NCBI GenBank assembly: GCA_023389035.1
Contig: JAEWFC010000004.1
Span: 39,894-103,893 of the forward strand
Length of the DNA: 64,000 bases
Reading direction: 5' to 3'
Origin: Acidobacteriota bacterium
GTDB taxonomy: Bacteria > Acidobacteriota > Blastocatellia > Pyrinomonadales > Pyrinomonadaceae
Below, one piece after another: positions 55,559 through 64,000 of the stretch. A program made the position numbers and the translations under genes. Within the stretch, counting starts at the first letter, position 1, and every line of letters begins with the position of its first letter. A model generated the notes under the pieces. That model saw only the letters and a program-made list of their open reading frames with translations, did not search any database and was not told the origin of the DNA.

Positions 55559-56982
55559 CAGCGTTCTAACTGGGCGAGCTTCTGTTGCATATCGCGTCTC
55601 TCGACAAAAAGCCGCAGAAACGTCTCGCGTTTCGTGAGAAAAAGGCTGACCGCGTTCGCCCATCCACGTAGGTCCTCAAAACGTTCGAGCGTGTACAGTG
55701 CGACGTATCCAAGCAAAGCCGATATCGGGATCGCAGCGAGTGCAAGTTCCCACCCGAAAAAAAACCAAGTAACGGCAGCAGTGATCAGCCACGTGGCGGG
55801 CATAAAGAGCATTCCGGCGAGAACCTTTGCGGTCGATGCGACGTCATCGGCACCGTGCTGGGCGTACCACATCGCGAACAGCCGGCTCAGCTGATATGCA
55901 GGGAAATGCAGTATCGCGCCCACGGCACCCATTGGCAGCAGCATAAACAGCCACCACGTACGGGCGAGTGCCTGGCGAATGACGAACCCTCGAGAATACT
56001 GTGCGAGCGAAAGATGTTCAGGGCCGATGCCATACCGGTCGAGGGTTTGGTCGAACTCGTGCATTTTCTGCCGCAAGGGGCTTTCCTGATATACGCCGGT
56101 CTCCTGCTGAGCAATGTAAGCCTGCAGAAAATCCATTTTCTCACCCAATGCCTCGCTCCCGGCGGCAGCAGAAAAGATCTCTTCGGCGATGCGTGCGGTG
56201 TGGAGATCCGATTCGTTCTCGGCATTGACGGTAACTTCGCGAAGTGCAGATTCGATCCGATCTGTCAGAGCTCGCGACGCCTCCCGCGGCGGCTGGCCAT
56301 CGATGTCGAGTTCGACCGGTTCGACGGTAAACGGCTCGCCAAAGTAGAGCAGAGCTTCACTTCTGAAGGTTGTTTTGCTGGTGTAGAAAAGCCCGACAGG
56401 AACTATTTTTAGATCGATCGGTTTCTCGCTTGAAACAGAGACCGCACCGAGAGCAATGCGTGCCGCACCGGTCTTTGCCGGCAGCAATTTTGTTGAGTTG
56501 TGCGAAATGCCCTCGGGAAACAGGGCGATCGAACCGCCTTGCTGCAGGCGTTCACGAGCAAGCTCAAAAGTCCGCAGATTTTTTGAAACGTCCGCACCGG
56601 CATCCATCTTGCGGTACACGGGCAAAGCTTCGACGGTCTTAAGCAAGAACGACAGGACCGGCATGTGAAAAAGCGTGGATTTCGCAAGAAATGAGATCTT
56701 GCGAGGCAGAGCGACGAAGACCAGTGCCGGATCGATCAGGCCGTTCGGATGATTCATCACGAAGATCACGCCTGTTCCGTCCGGCACACGATCGGCATTG
56801 ACTGTTTCGATACGGCGAAAGAATAGCTGCAATGCTACGCCGAAAATGAAGAGGAGAATTCGAAAGACCAGCGTCCCGCGGCGGTTGACGATCAGATCGA
56901 TCAGGCGAAGTTTCTTGACGCTCTTGGCCACGGCCTTAGATCTCGTGGCGGTTCGTGAGGGCCTTATCCATCGTGACCTCAT
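55558..56982 (-). CDS. Lysophospholipid (1-acyl-sn-glycerol-3-phosphate) acyltransferase family protein with C-terminal membrane domain
   Basis: H(x)4D motif in VMNHPNGLIDP and FPEGISHN block; 474 aa. Confidence 0.7.
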   Translation of the reverse strand: MRSRWIRPSRTATRSKAVAKSVKKLRLIDLIVNRRGTLVFRILLFIFGVALQLFFRRIETVNADRVPDGTGVIFVMNHPNGLIDPALVFVALPRKISFLAKSTLFHMPVLSFLLKTVEALPVYRKMDAGADVSKNLRTFELARERLQQGGSIALFPEGISHNSTKLLPAKTGAARIALGAVSVSSEKPIDLKIVPVGLFYTSKTTFRSEALLYFGEPFTVEPVELDIDGQPPREASRALTDRIESALREVTVNAENESDLHTARIAEEIFSAAAGSEALGEKMDFLQAYIAQQETGVYQESPLRQKMHEFDQTLDRYGIGPEHLSLAQYSRGFVIRQALARTWWLFMLLPMGAVGAILHFPAYQLSRLFAMWYAQHGADDVASTAKVLAGMLFMPATWLITAAVTWFFFGWELALAAIPISALLGYVALYTLERFEDLRGWANAVSLFLTKRETFLRLFVERRDMQQKLAQLER

Positions 56983-57550
56983 CGACGTACTCGAGATCGC
57001 TTCCGACGGGCATTCCCATCGCGATGCGCGTGACCAGAACGCCGAGCGGTTTCAGCAGGCGTGCGATGTAATTGGCAGTAGCCTCGCCCTCGGTGGTCGG
57101 GTTGGTCGCAACTATTATTTCCTTGACTTCGACGCCCTCGTTGTTTTCGGGCAAAAGACGCGGCAGGAGATTAGAAAGCATCAGCTCATCAGGCCCAATG
57201 CCGCGTATCGGCGAAAGCGAGCCGTGTATGACGTGATACATGCCGCGGAAAGAACGGGTCTTTTCGACCGCGACAAGATTGTAAGGCTCCTCGACGATAC
57301 AGATGATAGACCGGTCACGTTTGGGATTCGAGCAATAAAGGCAGGGATTTATGTCCGTAAGATTATTACAGACGGTGCAGAAGACGATCTTTTCCTTCAC
57401 CTCGCGCAAAGCCTCGACAAAGCTGTCGACCTCGGCCTGCGGGCGTCGCAAAATATAGAACGCCAGCCGCTGGGCGGACTTCCCGCCGATCCCCGGCAGA
57501 CGTTTGAACTCATCGATCAGCTTCGCGACCGGTTCTGAGTAATCTAACAT
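56936..57550 (-). CDS. recR: Recombination protein RecR
   Basis: LIDEFKRLPGIGGKSAQRLAFY, C4 zinc finger CTVCNNLTDINPCLYC, Toprim region. Confidence 0.95.
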   Translation of the reverse strand: MLDYSEPVAKLIDEFKRLPGIGGKSAQRLAFYILRRPQAEVDSFVEALREVKEKIVFCTVCNNLTDINPCLYCSNPKRDRSIICIVEEPYNLVAVEKTRSFRGMYHVIHGSLSPIRGIGPDELMLSNLLPRLLPENNEGVEVKEIIVATNPTTEGEATANYIARLLKPLGVLVTRIAMGMPVGSDLEYVDEVTMDKALTNRHEI

Positions 57551-57649
57551 TTCAAGATCTTGTTAACACAAAGCCGCCAAGCTGTACTGTACCAGTCGCG
57601 ACCAACTTTACGTCGTGACAACCTGGTGACTTAGCGTTTTGATGTCAGG

Positions 57650-57955
57650 TTACATCAGGCCTGGAGGCAGCATTCCGCCGAGCTTGCCTTTGAGAGATTC
57701 TTCGACCTTTCGATGCGCTTCGTTGAGAGCAGCAACGGTCAGGTCCTGGATCATTTCGACGTCGCCGTCTTTGATGATGTCGGGTGAGATCTTTAGCTCT
57801 ACGACCTCAAAATCGCCCCGCATCTTGACGTTGACGGCACCGCCGCCGGCGGTCGCCTCAACGACCGTCTCCTTCATTTCCTTGCCCATTTTCTCCTGCA
57901 TTTGCTGGGCCTGCTGCATCATTGAGTTCAGATCGAATCCGCCCGGTAATTTCAT
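57650..57955 (-). CDS. ybaB: YbaB/EbfC family nucleoid-associated protein
   Basis: MMQQAQQMQEKMGKEMKE...EATAGGGAVNVKMRGD...I.PD...D.EMIQDLTVAALNEA; 101 aa, directly upstream of recR. Confidence 0.9.
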   Translation of the reverse strand: MKLPGGFDLNSMMQQAQQMQEKMGKEMKETVVEATAGGGAVNVKMRGDFEVVELKISPDIIKDGDVEMIQDLTVAALNEAHRKVEESLKGKLGGMLPPGLM

Positions 57956-58065
57956 AATTGCTTCAGATGACCTCGTTTATCGAATTTTCCCGATTATATC
58001 ACTCAGGGTATGAAATTGTCGCCGGATTGGCATTATCAGGAAAGTCGGAGTAGATTACACGACAA

Positions 58066-58749
58066 ATGTGGGAGCTAAACCTGAAAAGACTATTTCTTAA
58101 GATATTGATCGCGTCGGTCGCGGTAAGTGCATTGTTCGGGATCGCGGTCGTGCTGCTCGGCAATTTCGGCGAGTTCGAGGTCAGAGTTCTGATGACGACG
58201 CTAACGGTCACGGTAACGAGCATATTGGGCCTGGCGTGCGGAGCGTCGATCGAATCCGGCCGCAGTCGGACGGTCCCGATGGCGGGGATCGCGTTCTCGA
58301 TCGCATCGGCTCTGGCACTGTTCCTGATCATCTGGAACGTGCTCGATGACAGTGAACCTTTTATAAAGTCGACGCTTACGCTCGTCACCGTTGCGGTCGT
58401 GCTTTCACATATCTCGCTGATCTCGCTTGCCCGGCTAGATCGAAGATTTGCTTGGTCGCTGACGCTGCTGGCTATCTGCGACATCCTACTTGCCGGGATA
58501 CTTCTTTACCTTATGTGGTTCGAACCGGAAAGTTCCGGTGATGTCGTTTATCGCGTGATCGCCGTGCTGTCGATACTGATCGCTGCTTTTACGGTGATGA
58601 CGCCAGTCTTTCACAAGATCAGCAGTTCGGAGGAAGACGACATCGCCGGACTGGACGCCGAGATCGAAGCACTCGAGGGCAAACTTGAATCACTGCGGAA
58701 ACGTCGGTCAGAGGCAGCCAAGGATCTCAAGCCGGGGCATACGGAATAG
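58066..58749 (+). CDS. Hypothetical polytopic membrane protein with C-terminal coiled-coil tail
   Basis: About six hydrophobic segments, followed by LDAEIEALEGKLESLRKRRSEAA. Confidence 0.55.
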   Translation: MWELNLKRLFLKILIASVAVSALFGIAVVLLGNFGEFEVRVLMTTLTVTVTSILGLACGASIESGRSRTVPMAGIAFSIASALALFLIIWNVLDDSEPFIKSTLTLVTVAVVLSHISLISLARLDRRFAWSLTLLAICDILLAGILLYLMWFEPESSGDVVYRVIAVLSILIAAFTVMTPVFHKISSSEEDDIAGLDAEIEALEGKLESLRKRRSEAAKDLKPGHTE

Positions 58750-59395
58750 GGTCGACCGCTCCCGCGTTGGCGAATCCTCGCAGCCGGAGAGCACAAGAGT
58801 CGCAGGTGCCGCACGCAAGGTCTTCGCTGCGGTAGCACGACCAGGTCAGATGGAGCGGAGCGTTCAATTCAAGACCTTTATTTACGATCTCGGCTTTGGT
58901 GAGATGAATGATGGGCGTGCGAATCTCGATGTGCGTGTCAGGCTTTGTGCCGGTGTTGATCGTCTGCTGAAAAGCTCTGTAGAATTCGGGGCGGCAGTCA
59001 GGATAGCCGCTTGAATCTTCAGCAACGGCACCGATGTAGATACTGGTTGCCCCGATAACTTCTGCCCAACTCGTTGCGATCGCGAGCATGTTCGCGTTGC
59101 GAAACGGCACGTAGCTTGTCGGGATCTCGGTCGAGCCTAGATCAGCATCCGTGACCTCGATCGTGTCATCAGTCAGTGAGGATCCACCGATCTTTGCCAA
59201 GTATTCGACCGAAACCTCCAGCCGCTTATCGATCGCATAGTGGTCGGCGATATCGTTGAATGCTTTCCGTTCACGTGCCTCGGTTCGCTGACCGTAGGAG
59301 ATGTGAAGAAATGCCAGTTGGTCGTTCTCGGCCGAGGCGATCGCGGCGGTGACACACGAATCCATCCCGCCGGAAACAAGAACGATCGCCGTCAC
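58727..59395 (-). CDS. queC: 7-cyano-7-deazaguanine synthase QueC
   Basis: VLVSGGMDS PP-loop, a C-terminal zinc-binding cysteine cluster (SCYR...ACGTCDSCALR) and a GTG start. Confidence 0.9.
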   Translation of the reverse strand: MTAIVLVSGGMDSCVTAAIASAENDQLAFLHISYGQRTEARERKAFNDIADHYAIDKRLEVSVEYLAKIGGSSLTDDTIEVTDADLGSTEIPTSYVPFRNANMLAIATSWAEVIGATSIYIGAVAEDSSGYPDCRPEFYRAFQQTINTGTKPDTHIEIRTPIIHLTKAEIVNKGLELNAPLHLTWSCYRSEDLACGTCDSCALRLRGFANAGAVDPIPYAPA

Positions 59396-60291
59396 TGCGT
59401 GAGCCCCTCTTGAAGTATCTGCGACAGCTTCCAGATCATGGCAAGGCCCGGGTTTTCCTGGTTATAGCCGGTTGCCGGCATATCGTCGACGTAGATCGCG
59501 ATTGCGATGCGGCCCTTTCGGGTATAAACGATGCCGACGTCAGCACGCAGGCGGTCTAGCGAGCCGGATTTTGAGGCCACCTGCATCGTGTCGGAGAGGC
59601 CGCGGCCGATGCCGTCCTTATACTGCTGACGCTTGAGGATCGAGATCATTTCGGCAGATGCTTCCTTTGAAACGACCTCGCCTTTTTCGAGCATTTCCAG
59701 CAGCCTGACCATATCGCGAGGCGAAGTGCGGCCAAGTCCGAAAAGACGATTACGCTGGTCGTTTATCCACGCTTTTGCATCGCCGCCGCCTCCGATCTTT
59801 CGCATCGATAGCGTGTCCTTTAGCCCGAGCTTGTCCATATAGTCGTTGACGGCGTCGGCGGTGATCTTGTCGAGGACGAGATTAGTGGCTGTATTGTCGG
59901 ATAGAACGATCATCAGGTGAACGGCGGTCCGAAGATCGATCTTGGAGCCGTCAGTGAATTCGCCCAGAATACCGGAGCCGCCCACCTTTTTATCTTTGGA
60001 CACGATCAACTCGTCGGCCCACGCGGCCTTGCCCTCGGCTACCTGTCGAAATGCTTCCGCCATGATCGGCATCTTTATGGTGCTTGCTGTTCGCACCTGC
60101 TCGTCGCCGTGGAGAGAGTAGTCCTTTCCGGAATCCAGATTCTTCGCATAGATCGAGATACTGCCCTTAAAGTCGGCGATCGCAGAGGTAACTTTCGCAT
60201 CTAGTGACGCTGCAGACGAAGGCCTCGATGTTTGACCGGATGCGACCGCGGTTAGGAGAAAAAAGAGTGTCAGGATCTGAAGATTGCTCAT
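59392..60291 (-). CDS. Class A beta-lactamase-like serine hydrolase (secreted)
   Basis: Signal peptide, SxxK (STIK), SDN (LSDNTATN) and KSG (SKSGSL) motifs in canonical order. Its stop overlaps the queC start (GTGA). Confidence 0.7.
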   Translation of the reverse strand: MSNLQILTLFFLLTAVASGQTSRPSSAASLDAKVTSAIADFKGSISIYAKNLDSGKDYSLHGDEQVRTASTIKMPIMAEAFRQVAEGKAAWADELIVSKDKKVGGSGILGEFTDGSKIDLRTAVHLMIVLSDNTATNLVLDKITADAVNDYMDKLGLKDTLSMRKIGGGGDAKAWINDQRNRLFGLGRTSPRDMVRLLEMLEKGEVVSKEASAEMISILKRQQYKDGIGRGLSDTMQVASKSGSLDRLRADVGIVYTRKGRIAIAIYVDDMPATGYNQENPGLAMIWKLSQILQEGLTQ

Positions 60292-60301
60292 AAGTGTTTG
60301 A

Positions 60302-60949
60302 TCAAACGCCGCGGACGTCGGCTCCCCAAATGTATTTGTGCAGCTGCAGATTTAATCGAACTTGCAGACCGCTAGCAGCTATAGCCTCTGCCATTCCTGC
60401 CAGATCGGGAATGCCGTGGACAGGCGATATCAGGACCTCTTTCGTTCGGCTGATCAGATCGTAGCGCCCGATGATCTCCTTGGCGAATTCCCAATCACTC
60501 GGCCCGGCCACGACAAATTTTACCTCATCTTTTTCGCGACGGAGTCGTCCAAGATTCGGCCAATGGTTTCGCTCGGCCTCGCCGGAACCGGGACATTTTA
60601 CGTCAAGGATTATCGCCGCCCGAGAATCAACTTCCTCCGTCGAGACGAAGCCGCCCGTTTCGATCAACACCTCGTAGTTTCGGTTGCAAAGCGTGTTTAT
60701 GAACGCGAACACGTTCTTTTGGGCGAGCGGTTCACCGCCGGTGATCTCAACGAGGTTGCAACCGAATTCCTCGAGCCTTGTCAGCAATGCCTCGAACGAC
60801 AACTTCTCGCCGCCTGTGAACGTGTATTCGCTATCGCACCAAACGCATCGCATTGGGCAGCCGGTCAGGCGCACGAACGAGCACGGGCGGCCGGCGTGAG
60901 ACGACTCGCCCTGGATCGAGAGAAAAAGCTCGGTAATGCGAAGATCCAT
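60302..60949 (-). CDS. queE: 7-carboxy-7-deazaguanine synthase QueE (radical SAM)
   Basis: ELFLSIQGESSHAGRPCSFVRLTGCPMRCVWCDS and ITGGEPL blocks. Confidence 0.9.
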   Translation of the reverse strand: MDLRITELFLSIQGESSHAGRPCSFVRLTGCPMRCVWCDSEYTFTGGEKLSFEALLTRLEEFGCNLVEITGGEPLAQKNVFAFINTLCNRNYEVLIETGGFVSTEEVDSRAAIILDVKCPGSGEAERNHWPNLGRLRREKDEVKFVVAGPSDWEFAKEIIGRYDLISRTKEVLISPVHGIPDLAGMAEAIAASGLQVRLNLQLHKYIWGADVRGV

Positions 60950-60998
60950 CTATTTGAACTAAGAATATCAGGTAGTTCAGGATAAACGGGCAGCCGGA

Positions 60999-62384
60999 GT
61001 GATGTCTAACACCCCAGCGTCGCTTCCCTCTTTGATGGAAGCCGGCTTTAGCGTTAAACTTCCGAGTAATATGCGACAGCAGCTAAAGCGATTCATCGAC
61101 CAGATGGAAGACAATTCCATCGCTATCATCCCCGCGGCCCGCGAGAAAACACGAAGCTACGATACTGAGTATAAGTTTCGACAGGATTCTGACTTTTGGT
61201 ACCTGACCGGATTCCCTGAGCCGGACGCGGTCGCCGTCATCGATCCGCAGAATAGAAAGTCGCCGTTCACGCTCTATGTCAGGTCGCGAGATCCGCTGAT
61301 GGAGACCTGGTACGGCAGGCGTCAAGGCGTCGAAGGTGCGGTGAAGAACTTCGGTGCGAGCACCGCTTATTCGGTCGAGAAGTTCGACAAAGATCTGCCG
61401 AAGCTGCTCGATGGAAAGGACCGGCTCTATTACAGATTCTCGGTAGATCAGCAGTTGGACCAGCAAGTGCTCGCGTATCTCTCTGGCCAGCGTGTTCGGC
61501 GCCTCAAGACCGCGTACCCGCCGCACACGATCATCGATCCGACCGTGATCACCGGCGAAATGCGGCTGCACAAAAACCCTGAAGAGGTCGAGATGATGCA
61601 GACCGCGGCGACGATCGCTGCTGAGGCTCACATCCTCGCGATGAAAAAGGTCAAGCCCGGAATGAATGAGGGGCAGGTCGAGTCGCTGATGGAAGCCTAC
61701 ATGAAAGACAAGGGTGCAAGCGGCGTTGCTTACAATTCAATAATCGGCGGCGGTGCGAATGCAACGATCCTGCATTACGTTGAAAACAATATGCCGCTCA
61801 AAGACGGCGACCTGATCTTGATCGATGCCGGAGCGGAATATCAGGGATATGCCTCGGACATCACCCGCACGTTTCCAGTTAACGGTAGATACACCGACGC
61901 ACAGCGAGAGGTCTATGACGTGGTGCTCGACGTGCAGGAAAAATGTATCGACTACACTAAGACCGGCAATACGGTAAAGGGCCGCCAGGACTACTCGATC
62001 GAACTTTTAACGGAAGGTATGGTAAAGCTCGGGCTGCTGAAGGGCAAAACCTCAGACCTGATCAAGAAGAAGGCATATCTAAAATATTACATGCACGGCG
62101 TTGGTCACTTTCTCGGAATGGATGTGCACGATGCGGGGCGGTATTTCACCGACCAGGCTGCCAAGAATTCGAAGCCGTTCGCACCGGGAATGGTGTTGAC
62201 GGTCGAGCCGGGCATCTACGTTCCCGAAGACGACAAATCAGCTCCGGCAAAGTATCGCGGGATCGGGATCCGCATCGAGGACGATGTATTGGTGACCGAG
62301 GAAGGAAACCGCAATCTCACGTCTAAAGTTCCGAAGGACGCTGATGAGATCGAGGCGATAATGCGCGGCGGGAAGAAGAAATAG
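60999..62384 (+). CDS. pepP: Xaa-Pro aminopeptidase (M24B, PepP-like)
   Basis: N-terminal AMP_N region (FRQDSDFWYLTGF). Metal ligands in DGDLILIDAGAEYQGYASDITRT, HGVGHFLGMDVHD, VLTVEPGIY and GIRIEDDVLVT. Confidence 0.9.
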   Translation: MMSNTPASLPSLMEAGFSVKLPSNMRQQLKRFIDQMEDNSIAIIPAAREKTRSYDTEYKFRQDSDFWYLTGFPEPDAVAVIDPQNRKSPFTLYVRSRDPLMETWYGRRQGVEGAVKNFGASTAYSVEKFDKDLPKLLDGKDRLYYRFSVDQQLDQQVLAYLSGQRVRRLKTAYPPHTIIDPTVITGEMRLHKNPEEVEMMQTAATIAAEAHILAMKKVKPGMNEGQVESLMEAYMKDKGASGVAYNSIIGGGANATILHYVENNMPLKDGDLILIDAGAEYQGYASDITRTFPVNGRYTDAQREVYDVVLDVQEKCIDYTKTGNTVKGRQDYSIELLTEGMVKLGLLKGKTSDLIKKKAYLKYYMHGVGHFLGMDVHDAGRYFTDQAAKNSKPFAPGMVLTVEPGIYVPEDDKSAPAKYRGIGIRIEDDVLVTEEGNRNLTSKVPKDADEIEAIMRGGKKK

Positions 62385-62389
62385 TTAAT

Positions 62390-62818
62390 ATGCCCGGATT
62401 AGATCAGATCCTTCGAGACCTGCCGATGCTGCTTGCGGCGACAATGGTAGCGATACTATTTCTGCAATCGGGCCTAGACAAAGTAACCGATTGGAGCGGT
62501 AACCTCGAATGGCTCACCGGCCATTTTTCGAAGACATTTCTAGCAGGAATGGTGCCGATGATGTTAGGCACCGTCACGATAACGGAGATCGCGACCGGAC
62601 TACTATCAGCCGTCGGGATCGTTTACTATCTCGTTAGCGGGTCTACGGTATTTATATTTTGGGGCGGCGTGATCGGAGCGGTTTCGATCCTCTCGTTGTT
62701 TTTCGGACAGCGGGTCGCAAAAGATTATCCCGGAGCCGCTGTCCTTGTTCCCTACTTCCTGCTGCTTCTGGTTCTGATCATTTTAGGCCAACCGAACCGG
62801 CCGGCTGTTACATTCTAA
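62390..62818 (+). CDS. DoxX family membrane protein
   Basis: 142 aa with four hydrophobic segments and a FLQSGLDKV start typical of DoxX. Confidence 0.5.
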   Translation: MPGLDQILRDLPMLLAATMVAILFLQSGLDKVTDWSGNLEWLTGHFSKTFLAGMVPMMLGTVTITEIATGLLSAVGIVYYLVSGSTVFIFWGGVIGAVSILSLFFGQRVAKDYPGAAVLVPYFLLLLVLIILGQPNRPAVTF

Positions 62819-63753
62819 CGCCGTGCTTCAATCGCACGGGCCGGGGCATTCAGTTCAGCAATGCGTTTCTTGACCGCACGCGTCAGGATCTTAACCTCTG
62901 AAGACGAATAATTAGCCGCGCGGAACGCATCTGATATCTGCTTGTTACTTAGCCGCCGAAGCAGATTCCCGAGCCAACGAGCATCTTCGACCGTGAACTC
63001 CTTCATTAGGTGATCTTGCTTGCCGTCGTACGCCATATCGAGGTACCCCTTAGAGGTCATTCCGACGATAAATGAAGCCTCCGAGTAATGTTCCGGGTTG
63101 CTGACACTTCGCCCAAATTTGGTCAGGACAGGGATACTGGTCGCTGCCGTGCGGCCGAACGACGAACCGAGATCACTGACGATGTAGTGGCGTTTATTTC
63201 CCTGCTGCAGAATAGCGGTATTTTCGTCCTTCAGGTCCCAGTTGTTGATCAAGGCCATCATTAGCTTTAGGCCATTGAATTCTCGCGTGCCGACGAAGGG
63301 GTTCTCCTTCCATTCCCAGCGCCCGTCGCGTTCAACGTTTGCCGGGCGAGCTTCTAGTCGAACGTTGTTATAAGTTTTCGTGGTCGGAATGGTTAGCTTC
63401 GGGATCAGATAGTCAATCTCTGTCTTGTAGCCGATCGCCCAAAGTAGACGAGTGGCGGCAACTTCGGCCTGTGATTCGTCAGCGATCTTCGCGACCCATT
63501 CACGACCCGAACCGTCCTTGATACGATACTTCAGATTATTACCGCCTTTCTCGTCCTCAATGAATGTGATCCTGCGTGTGTTAGGCCGCATCGCGGTGCC
63601 GCCAGGCCCCAATAGCAGGTTCCTCTGAGAAATATTCACCGGCTCCCAGAGCACCGCAGTAAGCCTTTGTGCGTGAGCGTTGAACGAACTCGCGAAAATC
63701 ATTACGGCAATGGAGAGAATTACTAGTACGGCTTTTCTATCTAGTCCAAACAT
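62815..63753 (-). CDS. Secreted protein with protein-kinase-like motif pattern
   Basis: Signal peptide MFGLDRKAVLVILSIAVMIFASSFNAHAQ. WVAKI (beta3 Lys-like), AEVAATRLLW, NNWDLKDENTAIL (catalytic-loop-like D-L-K-x-x-N) and IVSDLGSSFG (DFG-like). Confidence 0.55.
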   Translation of the reverse strand: MFGLDRKAVLVILSIAVMIFASSFNAHAQRLTAVLWEPVNISQRNLLLGPGGTAMRPNTRRITFIEDEKGGNNLKYRIKDGSGREWVAKIADESQAEVAATRLLWAIGYKTEIDYLIPKLTIPTTKTYNNVRLEARPANVERDGRWEWKENPFVGTREFNGLKLMMALINNWDLKDENTAILQQGNKRHYIVSDLGSSFGRTAATSIPVLTKFGRSVSNPEHYSEASFIVGMTSKGYLDMAYDGKQDHLMKEFTVEDARWLGNLLRRLSNKQISDAFRAANYSSSEVKILTRAVKKRIAELNAPARAIEARR

Positions 63754-63774
63754 CTTCGTCGTCCCCCTGAAAAA

Positions 63775-64000
63775 TTATGGCTGAGTTGCCAGACGGCCGG
63801 CCGCTGCCGCCGTTGCAAAAACCTCTTCGCAAAGACTTATCTTTGTCACTGACACAGCGGCCGGATCTTCCGCGTTAGGTTTCGGCTCGCTTTCACCTAC
63901 ACGGTTCGGGATCACGCCTTTGTCCACGGTCGCCCCTGTGCGGGAAATAGATTGGAAATGCATCTCGTCGCCGACTATTTCGACTATCATGAACGAAAGA
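63775..64000 (-). CDS. C-terminal end of a protein whose gene extends past the right edge (possibly a metallophosphoesterase-type C-terminus)
   Basis: The reading frame stays open upstream of the listed Met to the window edge. The tail is ...EIVGDEMHFQSISRTGATVDKGVI. The functional guess is weak. Confidence 0.4.
   Translation of the reverse strand, partial: LSFMIVEIVGDEMHFQSISRTGATVDKGVIPNRVGESEPKPNAEDPAAVSVTKISLCEEVFATAAAAGRLATQP

Noticed and set aside
60950-60998. preQ1 riboswitch upstream of queE
   Set aside because: The spacer is only about 50 nt, and I could not find the conserved preQ1-I or preQ1-II core sequences or a matching hairpin.

Overview
This is a moderately GC-rich chromosomal segment. 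Its gene content looks like Acidobacteriota (inference): a CarboxypepD_reg-type TonB-dependent receptor, tandem MacB/FtsX-type permeases, a TIGR02999-like ECF sigma next to a TPR Ser/Thr kinase, FG-GAP/VCBS secreted proteins and a futalosine-pathway gene. Backbone genes recognised are a partial qNor, an mqnE-like radical-SAM gene, an ArsR-SRPBCC-DUF1801-DHFR-like cluster, ribH-nusB, a fused Kgd/OdhA-type 2-oxoglutarate dehydrogenase, smc, dnaK-dnaJ-hspR, pgsA, tyrS, ybaB-recR, queE/queC and pepP. I saw no rRNA, tRNA, CRISPR array, transposase or integrase. The most unusual signal is structural and occurs at two independent loci (1.5-3.5 kb and 7.4-8.4 kb). There, single-gene cassettes sit exactly at the stop codon of a resident gene, and each is followed by a diverged, decaying copy of that gene's 3' end. 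In total there are three mqn tails, two DHFR-like tails and two tails of a small-protein family. This looks like the footprint of repeated tail-targeted cassette insertion with no visible recombinase. Other items worth a second look: a 21-bp AT-rich tandem array (13.0-13.2 kb), two uncharacterised paralogues behind repeat-bearing promoters (28.1 and 36.3 kb), a repeat-punctuated islet of orphan genes (36.7-39.4 kb), an orphan intrinsic terminator with a structured region upstream of a beta-helix/FG-GAP gene (44.7-45.0 kb), and a beta-lactamase-like gene embedded in the queE-queC operon. All functional calls rest on motif recognition by eye; no searches were run.
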